From a virus (Duplodnaviria; Caudoviricetes): 33,145 nucleotides of DNA. Of this stretch, positions 17,787-25,207 are shown one piece after another (the first letter of the stretch is position 1; every line of letters begins with the position of its first letter). The notes beneath the pieces were generated by a model. It saw only the letters and a program-made list of their open reading frames with translations, searched no databases and was not told where the DNA came from. The stretch covers positions 1 through 33,145 of IMG/VR virus record IMGVR_UViG_3300034190_001439; one strand, given 5' to 3'. The position numbers and the translations under genes were made by a program.

Positions 17787-18464
17787 TTATTCTCCTTCCT
17801 CAATTATCAATGGTACTGTTAAAAACTCTGGCACATCTGGAAAGGGGACCTTCCACGGATCGATACCAGAAAATGTTGTAGTTAAATCTCGTAATAACTG
17901 TCTATATGCTTGTAGTTCTGATAATTGAGATTCAGTATAATCAGCAGCATCTCTCATCCATTCATCACTTTGTATAAGTAGATGATTCCTGATAAGCTTT
18001 AAATTTTCCCACGTTATATGTGGAGATTTCCAAGGATAGTTAAATTCATTATTAGACGCATTATAAGTTATAGCATCGTCGTCATACGCCTCATGCGGAG
18101 GTATTGGATCTAATATTTTACATATACTTCCATCTGGCAATGTTTCATTTCTTGTAGGCAATTCAGTAAAAATAATATTTTGATAAATTATTGATGCTAA
18201 AGGAAGATGGGTTGTATTAGTAGCATCTACTTCAATTTTGTACATTCCTACTGGTGTAGGAATATTATCGCCATCGTCGTTAATAGTATAAGCTGGACTA
18301 ATATGTACAATGTTAGTATCTTCTTCTGCGAAAATATACAAAAGATCAGGACCTTCATAGGTCCAAGATGCTGTATTTGCATTTTCATTTGTTTGTGCTA
18401 GATAATCATCAGGAACGTTATATGTAAACTCCCTAGTAATTATATTATTTGCTCGTTCACCCAT
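17787..18464 (-). CDS. Tail fibre assembly chaperone-like protein (paralogue A)
   Basis: C-terminal WENLKLIRNHLLIQSDEW...YRQLLRDLT...FPDVP is the phage tail assembly chaperone signature (RNxLLxxSD..YRQxLRD). GGAG RBS. Confidence 0.75.
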   Translation of the reverse strand: MGERANNIITREFTYNVPDDYLAQTNENANTASWTYEGPDLLYIFAEEDTNIVHISPAYTINDDGDNIPTPVGMYKIEVDATNTTHLPLASIIYQNIIFTELPTRNETLPDGSICKILDPIPPHEAYDDDAITYNASNNEFNYPWKSPHITWENLKLIRNHLLIQSDEWMRDAADYTESQLSELQAYRQLLRDLTTTFSGIDPWKVPFPDVPEFLTVPLIIEEGE

Positions 18465-18477
18465 ATTTTACTCCGCC

Positions 18478-19221
18478 TTATCCATAAAATGTTATAATAG
18501 CTAGGCCACTTGCACCCCAGCCGCCCCAGCAAAATCCGCCGCCGCAAGCTGCGCCACTATGTCCAGGTCCACCCGGAAAGTGATTTTTGTTATAACAGCA
18601 GCCTTGTCTAGTCCAGTCAACCGCACATCGTTGTCCACTCATTCGCATATTAGTAGAATATTTAGGTGAGCCTGCTGACATTAAATTGTCAGTATCTGCA
18701 CACCAAGACGACGGGTTTGACACTCCATAATAGCCGCAGCCTGTACACACATCACTGCATTGTGCAAGTGAGCATACAACCACCGAACAGCTATGGCCAC
18801 TGTCAAAATTCCACATAAAACATTGTGTTGTGCTAGGTCGGCCGCCTGCTGCACATGCAGCTACATTACCACTACAACGCACATAACTTGGATTTCCTTC
18901 TTGACCTCTGCATGCTCCTGTACAACCAGTACTAGCTCCTGCACATATTGTTAATTCTGTTCCGCTAGTTAAATCAATTTTTCTAGTAGAATAGTAGCCA
19001 GCAGTACCTTGTATTGTTGGCGATTGACAACAACATGCTCCAGCGCCGCCGCTGCCGCCGCCCCATAATTCAATGGTTGCTGATGTTATGCCATCTGGCA
19101 CTGTATACAAGCAACATCTTCCGCCGTCGTTTACACTCTGGCCTTGACCAGTGTTATATACGGACAATTGACTTATTGTTGTTGATGTTTCAAGTCCTAA
19201 AAAATCTCGTAGTGTGCTCAT
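18478..19221 (-). CDS. Gly/Cys-rich adhesin-like tail tip protein (paralogue A)
   Basis: NDGGRCCLYTVPDGITSATIELWGGGSGGAGACCC...FPGGPG...CWGGWGASGLAIITFYG; 22 Cys in 247 aa. Confidence 0.7.
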   Translation of the reverse strand: MSTLRDFLGLETSTTISQLSVYNTGQGQSVNDGGRCCLYTVPDGITSATIELWGGGSGGAGACCCQSPTIQGTAGYYSTRKIDLTSGTELTICAGASTGCTGACRGQEGNPSYVRCSGNVAACAAGGRPSTTQCFMWNFDSGHSCSVVVCSLAQCSDVCTGCGYYGVSNPSSWCADTDNLMSAGSPKYSTNMRMSGQRCAVDWTRQGCCYNKNHFPGGPGHSGAACGGGFCWGGWGASGLAIITFYG

Positions 19222-19230
19222 AATTTGCCC

Positions 19231-19548
19231 TTATCTAACTATTAACCAACCGTAAGTAGCACCCGTAAATACTAGTGTGACGGCCGTGTTATTAATATTC
19301 AATGTTAAATCTTCGGCAATATTTTGAATTTCGTTTCCATTACGTCCGACTGTAACATTGTTTGATCCAAACACTCCTGTTGCATCAATAATTTGTACTG
19401 TGTCGTTTACCAACGGACTTGCTGGCAGTGTAACAGTAAATCCACCTGTTGTGCATACTATACGATCATTTGCTTGAGCAGTGATTGCAGTTGCGGTTTC
19501 TCTATATGTTGTTAACGGACTACCAGACGATGATATATATCTTCCCAT
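19231..19548 (-). CDS. Small tail fibre distal/connector domain protein
   Basis: FTVTLPASP..NDTVQIIDATGVFGSNNVTVGRNG..I....DLTL......TLVF.....GW motif, common at phage fibre C-termini. AGGA RBS. Confidence 0.7.
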   Translation of the reverse strand: MGRYISSSGSPLTTYRETATAITAQANDRIVCTTGGFTVTLPASPLVNDTVQIIDATGVFGSNNVTVGRNGNEIQNIAEDLTLNINNTAVTLVFTGATYGWLIVR

Positions 19549-19568
19549 TATATTTTCCTTTGTTTATG

Positions 19569-19576
19569 TATTTATG
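19569..19576 (-). promoter_or_regulatory. Putative late promoter (CATAAATA)
   Basis: Overlaps the stop codon of the 108-aa gene, 21 nt upstream of the ATG at 19548; would drive the adhesin/chaperone cluster. Confidence 0.55.
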
Positions 19577-19898
19577 CTGCAGGCACACTTGTTTCAATAC
19601 CAAATGCTACTGCATTAGCATTTATTGCTGTAGAACGTACAACAATTTTTTTTCCTGCTTGTAAAACCATACCAGTTCTTTCTAGTACTCCCTTTGCATC
19701 TAGCGGCGTGTCAAATTCCAACCATTCTGCATCGGTTGGAGTATCTGTTGCTGCTACTGCTATCCTAATACCAATTGCTGTATTTCCTCTATTAACAACA
19801 GAGACACTAGCTACACAAAATGTATCATCAGGTACTGTATACACTGTTGCTAATGTGGCTGCTGCTAGATCTGCTGTTCCTAAAATTCCTGTTGCCAT
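19572..19898 (-). CDS. Small virion structural protein (beta-sandwich)
   Basis: 108 aa; TVYTVP...SVSVVN...L...G.KIVV pattern; GGAG RBS; similar layout to 30412-30741. Confidence 0.65.
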   Translation of the reverse strand: MATGILGTADLAAATLATVYTVPDDTFCVASVSVVNRGNTAIGIRIAVAATDTPTDAEWLEFDTPLDAKGVLERTGMVLQAGKKIVVRSTAINANAVAFGIETSVPAA

Positions 19899-19912
19899 TA
19901 TTTATTTCTCCA

Positions 19913-22900
19913 TTAAGCTTGTAAAAAGTAATTTAGTGCGACAGGCACTCCGCTTATTCCACCAGTATAATTTACCTTCTGTAATATATTTATCTGATCG
20001 CCTGTCGTTGTTGTTATTTCCTGTCCACTAATTAATATCGAACCTGCTGTAATGCTATTAACGTTAAGTTCGCCTGCTCCACCACCAATTTGACTAGCAA
20101 TATAAGTCTTGATTGCTTTTTGTGTTGGAACAATATTATCACTATTAGCTGTAAAGGTACCGTCTACACTAAATTCAGTAATAGTTGCCCCTGTGCCGCC
20201 AAGTTCAACAGCACCTAGTGATAGTTCTTGTAAACCACTAATGTTAAATGCATCAGCATTTAGTGTAGCAACACCTGTTGACTGTTCAACGTTAAACAAA
20301 CGCCCGACTCGGAAATTACCATCTTGGTCTGTACTTGTGTAGAACACTCTGCCGCCGCCGCCTACTACAGTCTCTTTTAGCGGGTCAACTGGGTTAACTG
20401 GAATTCCTGGATAATTAGTATCTGCAAAATTGCCTGTACCGATATCTAGGAAGTCGTGTCCTGTTAATCGTACTTGAGAATAGCGAATACGCAACTCAAA
20501 AATATCATCATGTTCTGGTGCATCTGTAATACTAATTTCTGGACTTAATTGTATTTGAGCACTATATGGGCCAGTTCCTATTAAATCTCTTACAGTTACT
20601 AGTTTGTAATATACTCCGGGTAAACCTAAAAACTCTATGTTTGATCCCGGTAATGGCGGCGATGTTAGGTTTGCAACTCTAACTATCGTGCCTGGTTGAT
20701 AAATATCAGCAAAGCCGTCACCTGTAATTTCTGCACTTGCAGTATTGAAAGCTGTTCCTCTACTAGTCCATGTAGGTTGTGTAAGTACTCCATCTCCAAT
20801 ACGAACTTCGTGTGGCGCATCAACTGTGTTGTTTGGATCTGTAAGAACCATTGTAGGCGCACTACTGTACCCTACACCCGGATCTAATATATTGATATTA
20901 GATATTGCTCCATCACTAACTATTGCTCTACCTTTAGCTGTGTCTGCATATAGTCCGCTTGCCGGCGCCGTAAATGTAACTCTTGGTTCAATACTATAAT
21001 TAGTGCTGTCTGTAAGTACTGCCTCAATAGCTGTCCCTGGAATAACGTGATCCCAGCCAGCAGTATCGTCACTAAATTTCTTAACTGTTGCTATTTTTGT
21101 TCCGCTATTGTATGTATCAATATAAGCATATTGACCTGCGCCTGTTCCGGCAACTAGATAAATTGCCATTCCGACATATTGACTACTTACTCTATTATCT
21201 GTGTTAGACAATGTAATTTGTGTAGTATTGCCTGCTTGAGCAACATTTTCAGCACTAATATAATCTTCACCGCCTTTATCATCGCTTGGATCAGTAAGCC
21301 TAACTTCAAATACACCTCCGTTAACTACTTGTGCATTATCTACAGTTGCTCCAAAGCCTTCGCCGGTAACAGTAAATTGGGTTGCGTCACCGACTGTAGC
21401 AATATCAAAAGTTAAGTCTTCTGCTCCGCCGCCGCCAAGTAAACTATCTGCAATAGTAATTGTATCTGCTACAACATGTCCGCTACCGCCTTTATTAATA
21501 ATAACAGTTGCTAGGCCAAACTCGTCTACAATAATATCAAAGTCTTGTCCTGTACCACTGCCGCTTGTTGAACCGGAAACTCCATAATAAGATCCCTGAG
21601 TCCTATCACCGTCAGCTGCACTTACACTTTCGATAGTAAGCAAGGCATCAGTAGCAGTTGTATAATTATTACCTGCATTTGCATATTCAAGAACTAAAAT
21701 TTCATTGCCGTCTGTAAGTACACGATTAACAATGGCATCAAAAGCACGGTTGGTTACTTTGCCAGTTATAGGTATTTCTGTAATATCAACACCTTCTGCA
21801 ACTGTACCAAATGTACCATAAGAACTGTTACCGTTTGTTGCACGAATCTTACCACCGTTCTCTGCCAAGTAACCAATATGTCCGTAATATGAGAACACAG
21901 ACACAAGTTCTGTTCTGCCTAAGTTAGTACACCATACACCGATACCATCTGATATAATTTGTGTAAAGTCGTTTGCAACAATTGAATCGTTACCGCCATC
22001 ATGCAAGTCACCGTCAATCTTACAACCAATACATCCTGTACCAAATGTAGTTACGTTTTGTACGTATGGAGATTTATTAATAATCCATGCATCTGTGTGT
22101 GCTGGACCCCAACCTGGATCTAAACTTACAAATGCGCCAGCACTTGGACGTTTAGTTCCAAACGCATTAACACTTCCTAATGTTCCTGTTAGACCACTAA
22201 CTGTGCAGTTTCTTAATCCTGTACCATTACGCATATAGAACATATCTTCTAATAATGACCCATTAACAGCATTTACATAATAACGTGCATATAACAAAGA
22301 TTTGTAATTTCCAGTATAAATTAAATCATTTTTGATTGCATCAATATATCTATTAATATCTCTTGCACATTTATCCGTATTATAAACATATAGAGGATAT
22401 GTATCAGCAATATACGCAAGAACTTCTTGTACTAAAAATGCTCTGTTTGCTTCCAGTGACTCTACAGCATATGTGTAATCAGTTGTAGTATTAGGAGTAT
22501 TTGAACCGTAGGATAATGGTACAGTACTGTCGCCTGATGCTCCATTTACACCCCAGTCAATATAATCATAAATTTGCTGTACTAATTCAGTTGCAAATGT
22601 GCCAGCGCCTGCACTACCTACTGGAGCAGTTGTTACTGGGTCTAATGCATTGCCTGTGGTTTTAGTAATACCGGCAGGGTTAGTAACAGCAAGACTTATA
22701 ACTGCTTGCAATCTAGAAATACCATCTAATGTATAAGGAGTGTCTGCACTGTCAACTAATGTGCCAGCTGGCGTAATTTTTGTTGAACGCAATTCGTCTC
22801 CTATTACTGCTGTGTTTTCTGGAACAACGATCGGCAACACTTCTGCAAATTGGCCAGTTTTAACAAATATACTATTTTGAGGTTTACGTTCAGCTGGAAC

Positions 22901-25159
22901 ATTTATAGTATTACCGGCAGTAATTGCCGAAGTAACAATACCTGTTAATGTTGTTACAGTTGCTAGTGCATCAGCTTCTTCTACAAACGCAGCATTAATA
23001 TACTGATTTAGACTGCCGCGGACAGTTGCAGGAGCAAGATTTGATAATACTGCATCTGCAAGAGTAACAATATATCCTAAGCCTGCTGCTGTTTGTGTAG
23101 CATTATCTGCAACGTAAGTATCACCAGCTGCATTAAAATATGACTTTGCTGCTTTTACCGAGCGCTCATTACCGCCATGTGATAAATCCCAAATAACTGC
23201 ATCAAGTACTTGGCCTGCATCTCTGCGGCAAGTTGCTTGTACATATGAAAGACTTACTGCTGACGTTCCTGTAGCGTCTGCTAAAGCAAATATTGCTCCG
23301 CCTTTGGTTTCTGAAATTGTAAATGTTGTTGCATCAAGAATAGTGTTTACATAGTATTCTGTGTCTGCAATAATATTTCCAAAGGTAGTAGCTGCAAACT
23401 TAACTGCTGTTTCACCAGCAACAAGCCAGCTTGTATCTGTTATAGTGATTGCATTTGTTGATGCTGTGGTAGCTGTAGCAGTATCGGAATATGTAGCTTC
23501 AATATACTCAATTACTTCGTCTTGGATAAAACTTCTGTTTCTTTCTAATAATGTTTTTGCGTTATAACGTATTGCGCCTGCTTGAACTTGTTCAGTTGCA
23601 TAACGAATTGTTTTAAACGGACGGTCTAGTGTAACACCGTAACTTGGTGCAGGAAGATCTACACCGCCATTAGTTTCTACATAGAACACATTGTTAATAG
23701 CGCCAAAGCTGGTCCATTCTGGAGCATCAGCATTATCATTAACTTTAAGCACTTGACCTGCTGTGCCAATAGGTAATCTTGTAGGGCCTGCTCCACCATA
23801 GTAGACAATGTCACCTTCAGTGGTTAAGTTTCCTGATTCTGCGCCTGCAACTAGTAAATTCCATTCGCTTCCGTCAACATCTTGATCTGGTCTATTTTGT
23901 ACAACCGTTTCGTCTGAAGTGTGTGCAAGTATACAGATGTAACTGTTAACACCGTACTGTACACTATCTCCTGCATCATAAAATGTAGCGTCAGTCCAGT
24001 CACCCTTCCATTCAATACCTTCGTTTAATAATTCCCAATATGATATGTTAGGTGGACGGAATCCTTCGTGTTTTTCGATACATAGATATGTATATCCGCC
24101 TAATCGTACAACATCACCTTCGATGTATTCTCTACTCGAACTATCATCGTCGTAGTCACCGATAAATCTAAATCCAGTTGTAAATAGATCCCAATCACTT
24201 AAATTATCACTTGGCTTTAATCCAATGTTATTAGTTACTGATACATAACTATAACCACCATATGTTACAAAGTCGCCTGGCTGATAACTTTTATATGCAT
24301 CCCAACTATCTTCAAATTCTAAACCTTCAACAAACTGTGCCCAATTAGCTTCATCGGCTGCTAAATTAGTTGCACTACTTGTATGCTGTGTAGTACAAAT
24401 CCATAGGCCGCCGCCGTATTTTACAACGTCATTAATTCTGTAACGTGTATTTGCTGTATGAGTAGATCTATATTCTATACCTTTGTGTAAGTAATCCCAT
24501 TTTGACTGATCGTTTTCTAAACCTTCAGCTTCTGTTGCTGCACTAGTATGGCCAGTATTTGCAATGTATAATGTGCCGCCAAAGCGTACAATATCGTTAA
24601 CTCTATATCTTGTAGAAGTTTGCCATACATCAGTCCAATAAAATCCTTCTGAGAATATATCCCACTTAGATTGATCAAGTTCTAAACCGTCTGCAAGATC
24701 ACCTGCACTAGTATGTTCTTGAGTACAAATATATATAGTACCATTATATTTTGCAATATCATTAATTTTGTAACGAGTACTTACAGCCCAATTTGCTTTA
24801 TAGTCAAATCCCTCTGCAAATAAATCCCATTTAGATTGATCATCTTCTAAACCAAGGATTGCTGATGAAGCAGAATCATGAGCTTCGTTTGCAATATACA
24901 AGTAGCCGCCGTACTTTACAATATCATTAACTTTATAATATGTGGTAGACGACCAATCACCTTTCCAATCAACACCGTCTGAAATTTTATTCCAGTATGT
25001 TTCTTGGCTATCAGTAAATGTAACTGGAGCAGTATGTCCTGCAACACAAACATATGTATTACCGCCGTTGCGAACAATATCATCTTTGTAGTAGACTGTG
25101 GCAGACGACCAATCGCCTTTCCATATAAATCTAATTCTACCTAATTTAAACTCTGCCAT
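19913..25159 (-). CDS. Large (1748 aa) virion fibre/spike protein with N-terminal CBM-like repeats and beta-helix
   Basis: Eight WxxxxxYxxxDxVxYxGxxYxC repeats; FYV...RPFKTIRYA and IFVKTG..E..P..VP....IGDELRST pectin-lyase-like lead-in; two CxRD...GGN/TGN helical inserts; C-terminal GHDFLDIGTG / GGGRVFYTSTDQDGNFRVG. GGAG RBS. Confidence 0.8.
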   Translation of the reverse strand: MAEFKLGRIRFIWKGDWSSATVYYKDDIVRNGGNTYVCVAGHTAPVTFTDSQETYWNKISDGVDWKGDWSSTTYYKVNDIVKYGGYLYIANEAHDSASSAILGLEDDQSKWDLFAEGFDYKANWAVSTRYKINDIAKYNGTIYICTQEHTSAGDLADGLELDQSKWDIFSEGFYWTDVWQTSTRYRVNDIVRFGGTLYIANTGHTSAATEAEGLENDQSKWDYLHKGIEYRSTHTANTRYRINDVVKYGGGLWICTTQHTSSATNLAADEANWAQFVEGLEFEDSWDAYKSYQPGDFVTYGGYSYVSVTNNIGLKPSDNLSDWDLFTTGFRFIGDYDDDSSSREYIEGDVVRLGGYTYLCIEKHEGFRPPNISYWELLNEGIEWKGDWTDATFYDAGDSVQYGVNSYICILAHTSDETVVQNRPDQDVDGSEWNLLVAGAESGNLTTEGDIVYYGGAGPTRLPIGTAGQVLKVNDNADAPEWTSFGAINNVFYVETNGGVDLPAPSYGVTLDRPFKTIRYATEQVQAGAIRYNAKTLLERNRSFIQDEVIEYIEATYSDTATATTASTNAITITDTSWLVAGETAVKFAATTFGNIIADTEYYVNTILDATTFTISETKGGAIFALADATGTSAVSLSYVQATCRRDAGQVLDAVIWDLSHGGNERSVKAAKSYFNAAGDTYVADNATQTAAGLGYIVTLADAVLSNLAPATVRGSLNQYINAAFVEEADALATVTTLTGIVTSAITAGNTINVPAERKPQNSIFVKTGQFAEVLPIVVPENTAVIGDELRSTKITPAGTLVDSADTPYTLDGISRLQAVISLAVTNPAGITKTTGNALDPVTTAPVGSAGAGTFATELVQQIYDYIDWGVNGASGDSTVPLSYGSNTPNTTTDYTYAVESLEANRAFLVQEVLAYIADTYPLYVYNTDKCARDINRYIDAIKNDLIYTGNYKSLLYARYYVNAVNGSLLEDMFYMRNGTGLRNCTVSGLTGTLGSVNAFGTKRPSAGAFVSLDPGWGPAHTDAWIINKSPYVQNVTTFGTGCIGCKIDGDLHDGGNDSIVANDFTQIISDGIGVWCTNLGRTELVSVFSYYGHIGYLAENGGKIRATNGNSSYGTFGTVAEGVDITEIPITGKVTNRAFDAIVNRVLTDGNEILVLEYANAGNNYTTATDALLTIESVSAADGDRTQGSYYGVSGSTSGSGTGQDFDIIVDEFGLATVIINKGGSGHVVADTITIADSLLGGGGAEDLTFDIATVGDATQFTVTGEGFGATVDNAQVVNGGVFEVRLTDPSDDKGGEDYISAENVAQAGNTTQITLSNTDNRVSSQYVGMAIYLVAGTGAGQYAYIDTYNSGTKIATVKKFSDDTAGWDHVIPGTAIEAVLTDSTNYSIEPRVTFTAPASGLYADTAKGRAIVSDGAISNINILDPGVGYSSAPTMVLTDPNNTVDAPHEVRIGDGVLTQPTWTSRGTAFNTASAEITGDGFADIYQPGTIVRVANLTSPPLPGSNIEFLGLPGVYYKLVTVRDLIGTGPYSAQIQLSPEISITDAPEHDDIFELRIRYSQVRLTGHDFLDIGTGNFADTNYPGIPVNPVDPLKETVVGGGGRVFYTSTDQDGNFRVGRLFNVEQSTGVATLNADAFNISGLQELSLGAVELGGTGATITEFSVDGTFTANSDNIVPTQKAIKTYIASQIGGGAGELNVNSITAGSILISGQEITTTTGDQINILQKVNYTGGISGVPVALNYFLQA
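23860..25130 (-). repeat. Eight ~50-aa Trp/Tyr-rich repeats (CBM5/12-like)
   Basis: For example KGDWSSATVYYKDDIVRNGGNTYVC, KGDWSSTTYYKVNDIVKYGGYLYIA, KANWAVSTRYKINDIAKYNGTIYIC through KGDWTDATFYDAGDSVQYGVNSYIC. Boundaries approximate. Confidence 0.85.
24507..24556. repeat. 50-bp near-identical direct repeat, copy 1 (copy 2 at 29310-29359)
   Basis: tgatcgttttctaaaccttcagcttctgtt[g]ctgcactagtatggccagt; 49/50 identical to copy 2. Confidence 0.9.
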
Positions 25160-25183
25160 TTAAAAACTCCGCTCTATTTAATA

Positions 25184-25191
25184 TATTTATC
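25184..25191 (-). promoter_or_regulatory. Putative late promoter (GATAAATA)
   Basis: In the intergenic gap 25 nt upstream of the ATG at 25159. Confidence 0.6.
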
Positions 25192-25207
25192 ATAACTGTA
25201 TCAGTTG

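Noticed and set aside
13636-17803. ORF-track starts at 13665, 16252 and 17803 (also 31 and 32929)
   Set aside because: Better starts with RBS, coupling or paralogue support lie at 13635, 16240 and 17785. The first and last genes run off the window edges.
16245-19221. Selenoprotein, recoded-stop or RiPP-precursor reading of the Cys-rich genes
   Set aside because: No in-frame TGA/TAG; all ORFs are intact in the standard code. At about 250 aa with a recognisable Gly-rich adhesin frame they do not look like leader-core peptides.
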